DNA of 55,935 bases. Source: an uncultured Gammaproteobacteria bacterium. GTDB lineage: Bacteria > Pseudomonadota > Gammaproteobacteria > Arenicellales > Arenicellaceae. Below are positions 19,249 to 29,927 of the stretch, in pieces. The notes below the pieces were generated by a model. The model was not told the origin of the DNA and ran no database searches. It was given only the letters and a program-made list of their open reading frames with translations. The stretch spans positions 16,532 through 72,466 of the forward strand of contig CAZJWW010000001.1 in assembly GCA_964549895.1 (NCBI GenBank), given 5' to 3'. The translations under genes and the position numbers were made by a program. Numbering within the stretch: position 1 is the stretch's first letter; each line of letters opens with the position of its first letter.

Positions 19249-20067
19249 ATGCCCGAGCTACCCGAAGTAGAAACTTCTTTAAGAGGTATAGAGCCTTATA
19301 CCAAAGGACTACGAATTAGTGAGATCGTGGTGCGTAATGCGGCCTTGCGTTGGCCCATTCCTGTGGCAGAGCTAAAAACCTTAGTTGGTCAACGGATAGA
19401 GCGCTTAGAGCGCCGTGCAAAATACATTTTATTACATACCAGTGGTGGAGTGATCCTACTGCATTTAGGAATGTCTGGTAGCTTAAGAGTAGTAGAGGCA
19501 GATCATCCCCCCGGCAAGCATGATCATTTAGACATTAACGTTAGTAGCGGAAAAATTATTCGATTGAACGACCCACGACGTTTTGGTTGTTGTTTGTTAT
19601 TACAGGAGCCCGTAAGCAAGCACAAATTATTGGCATCGTTGGGACCCGAGCCGCTCAGTAATAGTTTTGATGGCGAGCGACTATTTAAACTATCGCGAGG
19701 GCGTAGTCTGGCCGTAAAGAACTTTATCATGGACGGCAAAACTGTGGTCGGTGTTGGTAATATCTATGCGAGCGAGTCTCTTTTTGAAGCTGGCATACGA
19801 CCAGGCATGGCTGCCAAGAGAGTCAGCCGAGTTCGCTATCAGTCTTTAGCAAGCCATATAAAAGATGTATTAGCAAAAGCCATAAAAGCCGGTGGTACTA
19901 CCTTAAACGACTTTACTCAAACCGATGGCAAACCTGGTTATTTCCGACATGAACTACAAGTCTATGGCCGCGTCGGTGAATCTTGTTACCAATGCAATAG
20001 CAAAATTAAATCTCAGGTAATTGGACAGCGCAGTACGTTTTATTGCCCAAGTTGTCAGCGTTTTTGA
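19249..20067 (+). CDS. mutM: Formamidopyrimidine-DNA glycosylase
   Basis: MPELPEVET, HLGMSG, GVGNIY and C-terminal zinc finger CYQC...CPSCQ. Confidence 0.97.
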   Translation: MPELPEVETSLRGIEPYTKGLRISEIVVRNAALRWPIPVAELKTLVGQRIERLERRAKYILLHTSGGVILLHLGMSGSLRVVEADHPPGKHDHLDINVSSGKIIRLNDPRRFGCCLLLQEPVSKHKLLASLGPEPLSNSFDGERLFKLSRGRSLAVKNFIMDGKTVVGVGNIYASESLFEAGIRPGMAAKRVSRVRYQSLASHIKDVLAKAIKAGGTTLNDFTQTDGKPGYFRHELQVYGRVGESCYQCNSKIKSQVIGQRSTFYCPSCQRF

Positions 20068-20173
20068 GTGCTTATTGATAGGCATTACTTTGTAGCTGGG
20101 ATTACTAGGCTACCCTTGTAATGGCCAAGGGAGTTTTATCTCGAATCCATCTCTGGTCGTCTCGAGCGATCTC

Positions 20174-20404
20174 CTAAAAACTGCCAAATAATTTAATGTC
20201 ATAGGCAATGGATATACCAAGGTAGATACTAATTATTACTAAACCAATGCCCCACACCCACATCCACATTTGTTTGCCTGTACGTCCAAGGCAGAAAAGT
20301 GCGATACCGATAAACACACCCAATATCGCGGTGAGTATCAACATGTCATTGCTGGCATTAACTGCCATTTGCTCGGCCGGTATTTCACCGTCTTTGTATC
20401 GCAT
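20174..20404 (-). CDS. Small two-TM membrane protein (hypothetical)
   Basis: 76 aa, two clear hydrophobic helices, fills the gap downstream of gor on the same strand. Confidence 0.6.
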   Translation of the reverse strand: MRYKDGEIPAEQMAVNASNDMLILTAILGVFIGIALFCLGRTGKQMWMWVWGIGLVIISIYLGISIAYDIKLFGSF

Positions 20405-20452
20405 GCTCTTTACCGTGTCTAACCCTTACTACGCAATTAATACATAATGCGT

Positions 20453-21799
20453 TTAATCTTTATTACGCATAGTGCAAAACTCTTCGGCCGTACTCGGATG
20501 AATACCAACAGTGGCATCAAAGTCGGCTTTTTTGGCGCCCACTTTAACTGCAATTGCGACGCCTTGCATAATCTCAGCAGCATCCGGGCCTACCATGTGG
20601 GCGCCCACTACGATGTCCGTTTCAGCATCAACAACAAGCTTCATGAGGGTGCGCTCGGTATTATTTGTTAGCGTATGTTTTAAAATTCTGAACTCAGAGG
20701 AGTAGGTATCAACCTTATCAAATTTACTACGCGCCTGTTCTTCACTTAAACCAACAGAACCAATCGGTGGCTGTGAGAATACTGCTGATGGCACATTTTC
20801 GTGATCAGCAAAGCGTTCATTGTTATCAAAAAAAGTATCAGCGAAGCAGTGGCCTTCCATGGTCGCTACAGGGGTTAATGCAATCCGATCGGTTACATCA
20901 CCGACGGCGAAAATATTATCGATATTAGTGCGAGAATATTTGTCGACCGGTATTTCCCCTTTTTTGCCCATTTCAACACCAGCCTTGTGCAAGTTTAAGA
21001 CCTCGGTATTTGGTGTGCGACCGGTAGCAAATAATACGCAATCAACTATTTTTTCCGAGCCATTAGTAAACGTAACTTGTTTGCGCTGATCATCCGTTAA
21101 GGTAATTGATTCAATATTGTTTTCGAGCTGTAGGTCTATGCCTTTTTTAACAATTTCCGCGGCTAGATGGTTTCTAATATCTTTGTCAAAACCGCGCAAA
21201 ATTTGTGGCCCACGATAAACCAGGCTGGTAGTTGTTCCTAGGCCATTAAAGATACCAGCAAACTCAACGGCGATATAACCACCGCCGACCACCACCGCTG
21301 ATGTTGGTTGCTGTTCAAGGTGAAAAACTTCGTTTGAACTTATGGCGTGTTCTATGCCTGGTATTGATGGCATAAACGGGGTACCGCCAGTGGCTATTAA
21401 AATTTTCTCTGTCTGGTAGTTTTGTTCGTCTATCCTTACCGTGTTGGCATCTATCAAGCTTCCGGTGCCATGTAAAATTTCTACCCCGGCATTGCTCAAC
21501 AGGTTTTCGTAAATTTTATTGAGGCGATCGATCTCAGTATCTTTATTGGCGATCAAGGTGCTCCAATCAAAACCTTCAACGTTAGTACTCCAACCGTAGC
21601 TGGCGCTATCATGAAAATCTTCCTGAAAATGCGCCGCGTAAACCATCATTTTTTTTGGAACGCAGCCGCGGATTACACAAGTACCGCCGTAACGATATTC
21701 TTCACATATAGCAACCTTTGCTCCGTGGCCGGCCGCTATGCGAGCAGCGCGAACACCACCTGAACCTCCACCAATTACTATTAAATCATATTTAGTCAT
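20453..21799 (-). CDS. gor: Glutathione-disulfide reductase
   Basis: GGGSGG, GGTCVIRGCVPKK redox disulfide, GGGYIAVEFA and HPSTAEE. Confidence 0.95.
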   Translation of the reverse strand: MTKYDLIVIGGGSGGVRAARIAAGHGAKVAICEEYRYGGTCVIRGCVPKKMMVYAAHFQEDFHDSASYGWSTNVEGFDWSTLIANKDTEIDRLNKIYENLLSNAGVEILHGTGSLIDANTVRIDEQNYQTEKILIATGGTPFMPSIPGIEHAISSNEVFHLEQQPTSAVVVGGGYIAVEFAGIFNGLGTTTSLVYRGPQILRGFDKDIRNHLAAEIVKKGIDLQLENNIESITLTDDQRKQVTFTNGSEKIVDCVLFATGRTPNTEVLNLHKAGVEMGKKGEIPVDKYSRTNIDNIFAVGDVTDRIALTPVATMEGHCFADTFFDNNERFADHENVPSAVFSQPPIGSVGLSEEQARSKFDKVDTYSSEFRILKHTLTNNTERTLMKLVVDAETDIVVGAHMVGPDAAEIMQGVAIAVKVGAKKADFDATVGIHPSTAEEFCTMRNKD

Positions 21800-21902
21800 G
21801 TCGATTATTCTTCTATTTAAAATACTGTTTGTTAAATTTTAATGTGTTAAAAAGAAATAGGCACTTGCTATTAAGCGTACTGGAAAGGGCCTTACTAATA
21901 GA

Positions 21903-21931
21903 AAAAGGCTCTCATGAATAGAGAGCCTTTT
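21903..21931 (-). terminator. Intrinsic terminator of rpoH
   Basis: AAAAGGCTCTC-ATGAATA-GAGAGCCTTTT, 36 nt past the rpoH stop. Confidence 0.8.
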
Positions 21932-21967
21932 ATGATCAGTCGCCAAGCGAAATTATGAATAAATTGC

Positions 21968-22819
21968 TTAAGCGATCAAAGCACCTTTCATTGTTTGCAT
22001 CGCGCGTTTCTCAATCTGACGAATGCGCTCCGCGGAAACATTATACTCTTTTGCAAGTTCATGTAAGGTTGCTTTTTTCTCACTCAACCAGCGGCGTTGC
22101 ATAATGTTTTTGCTGCGGTCATCTAATTGTTCGATAGCGGCGAGTAAAGAGCTGCGATTGTTGTCGCTAGTCTGGCTTGAAATAGCCAACTCTTCAGGGT
22201 TGTAACGCATGTCAGGTAGATAACCCGCTGGGCTGGTACTGAATTCGTCATCGTCACTGTCAACGCCATCAAAAGCGACATCTGAACTGGTCATACGTTG
22301 TTCCATTTGGCGTACCGCCTTAACAGGAACATCCAAGTCTTCAGCCAGCTTGAGCGTTTCTTGTTCGGTCATTGCCGCAAGCGTTTTGCGAGATTTACGC
22401 AAATTAAAAAACAGCTTTCGTTGCGCTTTAGTCGTGGCAATTTTGACGATTTTCCAATTTTTCAGAACATATTCATAAATTTCGGCTTTTACCCAATGTA
22501 CCGCGTAAGAAACCAGTCGAATACCTAATTCTGGATTGTAATTTTTAACCGCTTTCATTAAGCCGATATTGCCCTCTTGAATAAGGTCGGCGACAGGTAA
22601 GCCATAACCGGTAAAGCCTTTGGCCACGTGAATAACATGGCGGAGCTGCGATACCACGAGTTCACGAGCGGCATCAACATCGTTTTCATCACGGAAACGA
22701 CGGGCCAAACGAGCTTCTTGCTCCGCACTTAGTACGGGTGCTTGATTCGCCACCTTCAAAAAGCCACTCAAGGTTGGTTCTTGAAAAAGTGATACGTTGC
22801 TATGTGTTGTCGTCGTCAT
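21968..22819 (-). CDS. rpoH: RNA polymerase sigma factor RpoH (sigma32)
   Basis: DLIQEGNIGLMKAV, RpoH box QRKLFFNLR and VSAERIRQIE; downstream of ftsYEX. Confidence 0.97.
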   Translation of the reverse strand: MTTTTHSNVSLFQEPTLSGFLKVANQAPVLSAEQEARLARRFRDENDVDAARELVVSQLRHVIHVAKGFTGYGLPVADLIQEGNIGLMKAVKNYNPELGIRLVSYAVHWVKAEIYEYVLKNWKIVKIATTKAQRKLFFNLRKSRKTLAAMTEQETLKLAEDLDVPVKAVRQMEQRMTSSDVAFDGVDSDDDEFSTSPAGYLPDMRYNPEELAISSQTSDNNRSSLLAAIEQLDDRSKNIMQRRWLSEKKATLHELAKEYNVSAERIRQIEKRAMQTMKGALIA

Positions 22820-22929
22820 ATTATGTCTCCGTGCAAATTAATCTTTCTTGAAACCCGCCCGTTGATATCTGAGCTTTTTTAACGGCTAAGCGCTGTATTT
22901 CTTATGAATAGGGCTTCAATGACAATATT

Positions 22930-22956
22930 TTAGCACTCGAGGAGTGAGAGTGCTAA
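22930..22956. promoter_or_regulatory. CIRCE element (HrcA operator) upstream of rpoH
   Basis: Exact TTAGCACTC-GAGGAGTGA-GAGTGCTAA (9-9-9 consensus), 110 nt upstream of the rpoH ATG. Confidence 0.92.
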
Positions 22957-23054
22957 TAAATTTAATTGCTAATAGTATAAAACCCGTTAATAACTGTTAA
23001 TTATATTAAAAAATTTTATTAAATCTTTAAGGAATAACAAGCTACGCTTGTTTT

Positions 23055-23981
23055 CTAGCGCGGTTTAATATGCCTAAGATGCTGCGCTACTGACCAACGT
23101 GCTGCCAACCAACAAATAAACGTACCAATTACGACGATGCATGCCATATCTAGCGGCGCGAGCTTATAGACTATCGTTTCGCTTTGATACTGGTCTGCCA
23201 GTTGTTTTAAAGGGACTTCCAGTAAAAACCCGGACAACAACAACAAGCACAATGTTATGAGACCGCCGATCAAACCAAATAGGGCGCCATAATATAAAAA
23301 AGGCCTTCGCACAAAACCATCAGTACCGCCAATCAATTTTGTGATTTCGATTTCCTGTCGGCGATTCATGATCAGTAGCTTGATGGTATTGCCGACGATC
23401 AATATTAAAGCCAGCGCTAACAGCGCGCTAAGAACAATCGCGACGCGAGTCACCACATCTAGAATTGCGTTAAAACGGTCGGTCCACTCTAAGTCGAGTC
23501 GAATACTCTCAATGCCATCAATGCCACCAAGTTCCTCCTTTAAATTGACCAATTCTGCGGAATTCGCCGTGGCTAGGGTCGGCATCACTACAATCGAGGG
23601 CGGCAGTGGGTTCTCGCCCAAAAACGCCAGATCGCGTTCTAACGTTGACTGATCGCCGAGCAGAATTTCAAATTCCTGCAGAGCTTGGTCTTTTGAAACA
23701 AATTCAGCGAGTTCAATGTTGGGGTGAAGTTGCACTTCTTCAAAGATCAGTTGTGCCTCGCGGTCACTAATTTGAGCATCAAAAAAAATCGATATCTGCG
23801 GCCTACCTTGCCAGTTGCCGCTCAAAGAGTGCCCCGTTTTAACGGCTATATAAAGCAAGCTAGGCAGTAATAGCGTTATCGCGATGATCAATAGTGTATT
23901 GATCGTTGCCATGGGTGTACGTTGCATATCACCCAAGGTTGCGAACAATACTTGTAGATGTCTTTTAAAGCCCGTCAACAT
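23055..23981 (-). CDS. ftsX: Cell division permease FtsX
   Basis: Four TMs, ENPLP, IVGNTIKL and LIGGTDGFVRRPFLYYG; ATG at 23981 just after the ftsE stop. Confidence 0.93.
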   Translation of the reverse strand: MLTGFKRHLQVLFATLGDMQRTPMATINTLLIIAITLLLPSLLYIAVKTGHSLSGNWQGRPQISIFFDAQISDREAQLIFEEVQLHPNIELAEFVSKDQALQEFEILLGDQSTLERDLAFLGENPLPPSIVVMPTLATANSAELVNLKEELGGIDGIESIRLDLEWTDRFNAILDVVTRVAIVLSALLALALILIVGNTIKLLIMNRRQEIEITKLIGGTDGFVRRPFLYYGALFGLIGGLITLCLLLLSGFLLEVPLKQLADQYQSETIVYKLAPLDMACIVVIGTFICWLAARWSVAQHLRHIKPR

Positions 23982-23982
23982 T

Positions 23983-24747
23983 TTATTGCTCGTTATCGAT
24001 AGGGTGGGGTTCTGGCGAATACATCTGATCAGTTCCTTCAATACCCTGCTCAGGCTGACTCATCGGTGCAGTCTGTGTTGAGGTTTGGCTGGGAGCATTG
24101 ACAATTTCGCCGTGTGCTAAATGAATAGTGCGTTTGCTGTACCGCTCAATTTGCTGCATGTCATGAGTGGCGATCAATACCGTTACACCGACCTGATTAA
24201 AGTCGGCAAAGATATCGATAATTTCATTGGACAATGCTTGGTCTAAATTACCTGTGGGTTCATCCGCTAACAAAATATTGGGCCGATTGATTACCGCACG
24301 AGCAATCCCAACTCTTTGTTGTTCACCGCCAGATAAAGTAAGCGGTAAACTTTTCTCTTTGCCATGCAAACCCACTTTGCCGAGTGCCGCTCGGACGCGT
24401 TTTTTAATTTCGTCATGAGGCATACCAATTACAATCAATGGCAGCGCTACATTGTCGAACACGGGACGGTCCATCAATAGCTTATGATCTTGAAAAATTA
24501 CACCGATTTCGCGACGCAAGTACGGTATTTTAGATGCCCGCATTCTCCTAAGATTTTTGTTGTCTACCATGATCTGGCCAGAGGTCGGTTTTTCGATTCG
24601 ACTGATCAATTTGAACAGAGTGCTCTTACCTGCTCCGGAGTGCCCTGCTAAAAACGCCATCTCACCCGATGCCAGTTCAAAGCTGACATTTTTAAGCGCC
24701 TCGTGCCCATTGGGATATTGTTTGCTAACGTTGCTAAGTTTAATCAT
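23983..24747 (-). CDS. ftsE: Cell division ATP-binding protein FtsE
   Basis: GHSGAGKS, LSGGEQQRV and LADEPTGNLD; ~30-aa polar C-terminal extension. Confidence 0.95.
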   Translation of the reverse strand: MIKLSNVSKQYPNGHEALKNVSFELASGEMAFLAGHSGAGKSTLFKLISRIEKPTSGQIMVDNKNLRRMRASKIPYLRREIGVIFQDHKLLMDRPVFDNVALPLIVIGMPHDEIKKRVRAALGKVGLHGKEKSLPLTLSGGEQQRVGIARAVINRPNILLADEPTGNLDQALSNEIIDIFADFNQVGVTVLIATHDMQQIERYSKRTIHLAHGEIVNAPSQTSTQTAPMSQPEQGIEGTDQMYSPEPHPIDNEQ

Positions 24748-24763
24748 GGCTCGGCTACCTTAA

Positions 24764-25849
24764 TCAGGCCTCTAGATCCGGTATTAGACCTTCAGCAAAT
24801 TCATTGGCGTTAAACGTTTTTAGATCATTAAAACCTTCGCCGACACCTATAAAGCGGATTGGCAATCCAAATTTTTCAGTGAGAGAAAGCGCCACCCCGC
24901 CTTTAGCTGAGCCATCAAGTTTACTTAAGCACAGGCTTGATACGCCAACAGCATTTTTGAAATGCTCTAATTGCGTCAGGGCGTTTTGCCCGATGCCCGC
25001 GTCCAATATCAGCATAACTTCATGAGGCGTTTCTGGGTCTATTTTTTGTAAAACCCGAGTTACTTTTTGCAACTGTTCCATTAAATCTGATTGGGTGTGC
25101 AAGCGTCCAGCGGTATCGATCATGAGTACATCGACATTGCGAGACTTGGCGGAAATAAGAGCGTCGTGCGCGACAGCTGCGGCATCGGCGCCGTGTGATT
25201 GCGCTATTACTGGAATCGATAAGCGCTGACCCCATTCCTGCAATTGTTCAACCGCGGCAGCTCTAAAGGTATCAGCGGCGGCCAGCATCACTGACTTATC
25301 TTTATCTTGCAACAATTTGGCAAGTTTAGCGGTAGTGGTGGTCTTACCAGCACCGTTAACCCCAACCATCAGGACAACGTGGGGTTTGGCTTGCAGATGC
25401 CAAGCGACCTCGGCGGGCTTTAGCAGCATGGCTATTTCTGTTCGTAAGCCTCGAATGACACCCTCTGCGTCTTGAATTTTCTCAGATTTAACTCGGGCTT
25501 GTAGCTTTTCAACCAATAGCATACTTGCTTGTACACCGATATCACTGCTTATAAGCGTTTCTTCCAATTCCTCAAACAACTCGTCGTCAAGATTAAAGCT
25601 GCCTTTGAATACATTGGAGAACTTACTAAAAAAACTGCTGCGAGATTTATCTAGACCGTCCTCTATGGTTTTAATCTGCTCCGGCTCCTGTGAACCCCCA
25701 ATGATCGCGTCGTGAGACCCCGTCTCATTGACAGCCTCTTGTGTATCGATTGATTTGTCGTCATTGTCGCGATTGAAGAAGCGAGCGATTCGACCTTTTT
25801 TGCGCTTTTGATCGTCATCTGTTGTTGATGGCGTGTTATTTTCCGTCAT
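24764..25849 (-). CDS. ftsY: Signal recognition particle receptor FtsY
   Basis: GVNGAGKTTT, DTFRAAA, DTAGR and KLDGSAKGG. Confidence 0.96.
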   Translation of the reverse strand: MTENNTPSTTDDDQKRKKGRIARFFNRDNDDKSIDTQEAVNETGSHDAIIGGSQEPEQIKTIEDGLDKSRSSFFSKFSNVFKGSFNLDDELFEELEETLISSDIGVQASMLLVEKLQARVKSEKIQDAEGVIRGLRTEIAMLLKPAEVAWHLQAKPHVVLMVGVNGAGKTTTTAKLAKLLQDKDKSVMLAAADTFRAAAVEQLQEWGQRLSIPVIAQSHGADAAAVAHDALISAKSRNVDVLMIDTAGRLHTQSDLMEQLQKVTRVLQKIDPETPHEVMLILDAGIGQNALTQLEHFKNAVGVSSLCLSKLDGSAKGGVALSLTEKFGLPIRFIGVGEGFNDLKTFNANEFAEGLIPDLEA

Positions 25850-25939
25850 TAGAATAGATAAATTATGGGTCTCAGCTTTTTGGCCACTAGCTTGGCTTAT
25901 TCTTAGGGCACTATTGTAGAGGTTGTAGGAAAAATCACA

Positions 25940-26518
25940 ATGAACAAGCGCGCAAATTCAAATTCAATTCGCATTATCGCGGGACAGTGGCGCGGCCGCC
26001 GTTTGCCAGTGCTCGATAGTGAAGGATTGCGTCCGAGTACTGATCGAGTGCGAGAGACCTTGTTTAATTGGTTAATGCACGATGTACAGGATGCCAATTG
26101 TCTGGACTTATTTGCAGGTACCGGAGCATTAGGTTTAGAAGTACTATCCAGAGGCGCTAAATGCGTACAATTTGTGGAGGCATCACGTACAGTGGCCGCA
26201 GCGCTTCATCAAAATATTGAAACTTTGGGCGTGCCGCAGAACAAGGCTTTAGTAGCCATACAAGATGCTCGTAGTTATTTAGCCGCGGCGCCATCTAAGC
26301 CTTTTGATATTGTATTTCTTGATCCGCCTTTTACAGGTGATTTATTGCATCAAGTAATAAGTTTGATCAATACGTCTGCCTGGTTAGCCGAAGACGCAAT
26401 TATTTATGTTGAATACGCTAAAAAAACTGCGCCTATTCAGGTGCCACTTTCTTGGCGGCTGCATCGAGAAGGAAAAACCAGCCAAATTCGCTATAGCCTT
26501 TATCGACATCAATCATAG
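25940..26518 (+). CDS. rsmD: 16S rRNA m2G966 methyltransferase
   Basis: IRIIAGQWRGR, LRPSTDRVRETLFNW, DLFAGTG and DPPF. Confidence 0.95.
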   Translation: MNKRANSNSIRIIAGQWRGRRLPVLDSEGLRPSTDRVRETLFNWLMHDVQDANCLDLFAGTGALGLEVLSRGAKCVQFVEASRTVAAALHQNIETLGVPQNKALVAIQDARSYLAAAPSKPFDIVFLDPPFTGDLLHQVISLINTSAWLAEDAIIYVEYAKKTAPIQVPLSWRLHREGKTSQIRYSLYRHQS

Positions 26519-26578
26519 TGCGCAGGGATTGAAATGCTATAATTCTCTGCCTTATAAACGGCGAACTCTATACTCGTT

Positions 26579-27073
26579 ATGAAAAAAATAGCAATTTACC
26601 CTGGAACATTTGATCCGATAACCAACGGGCATATAGATCTAGTAACACGTGCGGGTTTGATTTTTGACCGCGTGATTATCGCTGTATCGGACAATCCTCG
26701 AAAGAATCCGTTGTTTAGCGTTGATGAGCGCATGAGCATGGCTGAGCAAGCGGTGTCCGATAAGTCTAATGTCTCGATTGATAGCTTTGACGACTTATTG
26801 GTCAGTTTTGCTGTACGCCGTGATGCGTGTTTTATTATCCGCGGTTTACGTGCGGTCTCCGACTTCGATTATGAGTTTCAGTTAGCATCCGGAAACCGGC
26901 GTTTGAATAGCGATATCGAGACTATATTTTTAACTCCCTCTGAATCAAATTATTTTATTTCTTCTTCTTTGGTTCGAGAGATATCTTATTACAACGGCGA
27001 TATCAGTAGTTTCGTGCCAAAGCACGTCAAAGAGGCTATGCACTCTAAGTGGGCTGAGAAGAAAAAAGCCTAA
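26579..27073 (+). CDS. coaD: Pantetheine-phosphate adenylyltransferase
   Basis: YPGTFDPITNGH, RGLRAVSDF and ISSSLVRE. Confidence 0.96.
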   Translation: MKKIAIYPGTFDPITNGHIDLVTRAGLIFDRVIIAVSDNPRKNPLFSVDERMSMAEQAVSDKSNVSIDSFDDLLVSFAVRRDACFIIRGLRAVSDFDYEFQLASGNRRLNSDIETIFLTPSESNYFISSSLVREISYYNGDISSFVPKHVKEAMHSKWAEKKKA

Positions 27074-27081
27074 AGGCTTTT
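27064..27081 (+). terminator. Possible terminator hairpin overlapping the coaD stop
   Basis: AAAAGCC-TAAA-GGCTTTT. Confidence 0.45.
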
Positions 27082-27141
27082 CTCTACTGACTTATCCACT
27101 GACATAGAATTTATCTAAGCGGTGTACAAAGTTTAAGGTAA

Positions 27142-27429
<288 letters not shown>

Positions 27430-27451
27430 CCGCTTATTTTATTGACAGGGT

Positions 27452-27814
27452 TTAGTTAATGCTCGCTTGGTTGCCGCGTTTAACCAATTGGATTTCAACT
27501 ATTTCTGGTTCGTTTTCAGCATCCTTTTGTGACGCATGACGCATACTTAGCCAGAATGATCCAACTTTGTCGTAATAGCCCTCCTTGACCAATTTTACGG
27601 GGAGGTGCAAGCGCTCAGAATTTGAGTTCTTAAAGTTTAGTACTAGTGGTGTAGTGCCGACGATTGAACCGTCATCAATATTAACTACTTTCGCGCCAGT
27701 CGGTATGGAGACAATGCGTGCTGCGCCATGATGTGTTCCACATGCACTCACGAGCAAACATAGGCAGCTCAATATGAGAACTCTTTTAATTATCGGAATC
27801 GGAATTAGTTTCAT
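27452..27814 (-). CDS. PEGA-like domain lipoprotein
   Basis: Lipobox VSA-C; S.P.GA.V, GTTP and KEGY pattern typical of PEGA domains. Confidence 0.65.
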   Translation of the reverse strand: MKLIPIPIIKRVLILSCLCLLVSACGTHHGAARIVSIPTGAKVVNIDDGSIVGTTPLVLNFKNSNSERLHLPVKLVKEGYYDKVGSFWLSMRHASQKDAENEPEIVEIQLVKRGNQASIN

Positions 27815-27875
27815 AAAAGCGTTATCTACCTATGTGGATACTATTGCTACGTCTATTCTCAGAGTTTCCTGCGGG

Positions 27876-29897
27876 TTAAAAACCAGCTTTTCGATCCCAA
27901 TAAAGAATCTCTGCACCAACAGGTTCTTCACCATCATCGAGCTTAGGCTCGCTGCGTGATAACAAGGCGTACATTTGATTTTCTAAAATCGTGAACTGGT
28001 CTTTCTGTTCATGCAATACGCTTTGCATGGTTGTTAATTCTTTTAAGCGTGTTTCGACTGTATCTGATGCTCTATGAATGCGCTTAACACTTTCTAATCG
28101 ACGTCTTAGCTGAGTGTGATGTTCTCGAACATAAGTTTCCATCGGTACCATCAAATTATTGTTCCATTGGGTGGCATCTCTCTGAGCACGCTTGAATATT
28201 TTTCGAGAAGCTGAGCAGACTGAATCGTAGAAACGATTTGTTATCGACATTTGTTCTCGAAAAAATAATGTTTTAGTTTCCTGTAGATCGCCGTGTTTGG
28301 CTTCTAGGCGAGTGATTTCTTGTTTGAATTTTTCTAAGCGCAACCGACGAACTCGAAAGTTTGCAATGCCGTGGTCCTGCTCGAAATCACGCGTAATATT
28401 CTCTGACAATGAAGCAATCTCATCAGCTTGCGCAATAGCCTTATCTAATGTTTTATGAGCTTCGCCAAAATATTTTAATATCGTTTTTTGCAAGGTGAGC
28501 GACGTAGCGCACTTAGACATATTCCGTCGCGTAACGGCAATCAGTTTTTCTAAACGCTCTGGGCTGAGTATGCGTACCAGCTTATTCGTTTCTTTAGCAT
28601 AAATTGATCGCAGCGCTTGGTAGCGTTGCATATCACTTTCAAGTGCCGCCTTTTCAGACTGAACTTTAAGCATAATGTGCGAGATCACATCTACGTTCTT
28701 GCTGCTGAGCTGACGCAATTCGGCAATATGCTCGTCGGCGTCTTTTATGCGGTTATTTAAGATTGAGCTAGCGGAATCAATGACGCCATCGAGACTGGCT
28801 TCAACCTTGGCAGAGACAATCTTTCTTTTGTCGGGTATCAAACGTTCGGCTATGGCATTTTCTAGATCGACTACACCACTGCGCGTGAGCAATTCTTCGT
28901 CATCATTTAGTTTGGCAACCAAACCTTTTTGCGCTGAAACGGGGAATATATTGTCTTTATCAATACCCAACGTTTCCGCGGTTTGTGTAATCTGTTGTTG
29001 AATCTCTTGGTCGATCTCTTGTTCGTCTCGAATTCCGTCCCACAAGCCATCAATCTTATTTAGTGCCACCAATTTTTGTTGTTTTGATCCTGCATTAGAA
29101 TTCTCGCCGCCCGCTAAATGCTTTTCCCAGAGTTCAAGGTCCGAAGCAGTTACGCCTTGGTCATGAGATAAAATAAACACCACAGTATGGGCATTGGCTA
29201 AGTGATTGATTGTAAGCTCAGGTTCGGCACCAATGGCATTCAAGCCTGGCGTATCTAAAATCACCAAACCTTGTTCCAATAATGGGTGAGGAAGGTTGAT
29301 GACGGCATGGCGCCAGCTTGGAATTTCCACTTCGTCGTATTCATTGACAGGCAGACCAACACCGGAGTCGCTACTTTCTAACAAGTCAAAATTCAGATCT
29401 TTTGCGTAGGCTTTACTGACCAGCTTATTTTCTGTCATTCCTTTGAAGGCTTCGCCTAGACTATCAGCGTCATCTACATCAAAGGGTATTTCTACCCACA
29501 AGTCTGAATCTTTCTTTAGTTCGAATAAGGCTCGTTCGTCACTGCGTGACTCTATCGGCAGCAAACATATGGCACTAGGCAGATTAGGGTCATATTTTAA
29601 TTCAGTGGGGCACATTGTTGTGCGGCCGGTGCCCGAAGGCAATACGCGCTTTTTATAATTGCCAAAGAAAATCGTATTGATCATCTCTGATTTACCACGA
29701 GAAAATTCAGCGACGAAAGCGACCGACAGATTATCATCTGCCAGCATGCCTAGGGTAGACTCAAACTGATGATGCGTGCGCAAATCAGTTATATTGTTTT
29801 CTTTTAGGAACGAGCTCATCTCCTGAGTTGCGTCGCTTAGCTTGAGGCGCCACTCAGAATATTCAATGATTTCTTTGTTTAGATTTTGATCGTTCAC
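27876..29897 (-). CDS. Bacterial dynamin-like GTPase
   Basis: G1 AEFSRGKS, G2 region RTTMCPT, G3 DTPG, G4 NKID and VSA; long helical C-terminal half; GTG start. Confidence 0.88.
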   Translation of the reverse strand: MNDQNLNKEIIEYSEWRLKLSDATQEMSSFLKENNITDLRTHHQFESTLGMLADDNLSVAFVAEFSRGKSEMINTIFFGNYKKRVLPSGTGRTTMCPTELKYDPNLPSAICLLPIESRSDERALFELKKDSDLWVEIPFDVDDADSLGEAFKGMTENKLVSKAYAKDLNFDLLESSDSGVGLPVNEYDEVEIPSWRHAVINLPHPLLEQGLVILDTPGLNAIGAEPELTINHLANAHTVVFILSHDQGVTASDLELWEKHLAGGENSNAGSKQQKLVALNKIDGLWDGIRDEQEIDQEIQQQITQTAETLGIDKDNIFPVSAQKGLVAKLNDDEELLTRSGVVDLENAIAERLIPDKRKIVSAKVEASLDGVIDSASSILNNRIKDADEHIAELRQLSSKNVDVISHIMLKVQSEKAALESDMQRYQALRSIYAKETNKLVRILSPERLEKLIAVTRRNMSKCATSLTLQKTILKYFGEAHKTLDKAIAQADEIASLSENITRDFEQDHGIANFRVRRLRLEKFKQEITRLEAKHGDLQETKTLFFREQMSITNRFYDSVCSASRKIFKRAQRDATQWNNNLMVPMETYVREHHTQLRRRLESVKRIHRASDTVETRLKELTTMQSVLHEQKDQFTILENQMYALLSRSEPKLDDGEEPVGAEILYWDRKAGF

Positions 29898-29927
29898 AAT
29901 TTTTTTATTATTTTCAGGTTACCTATT

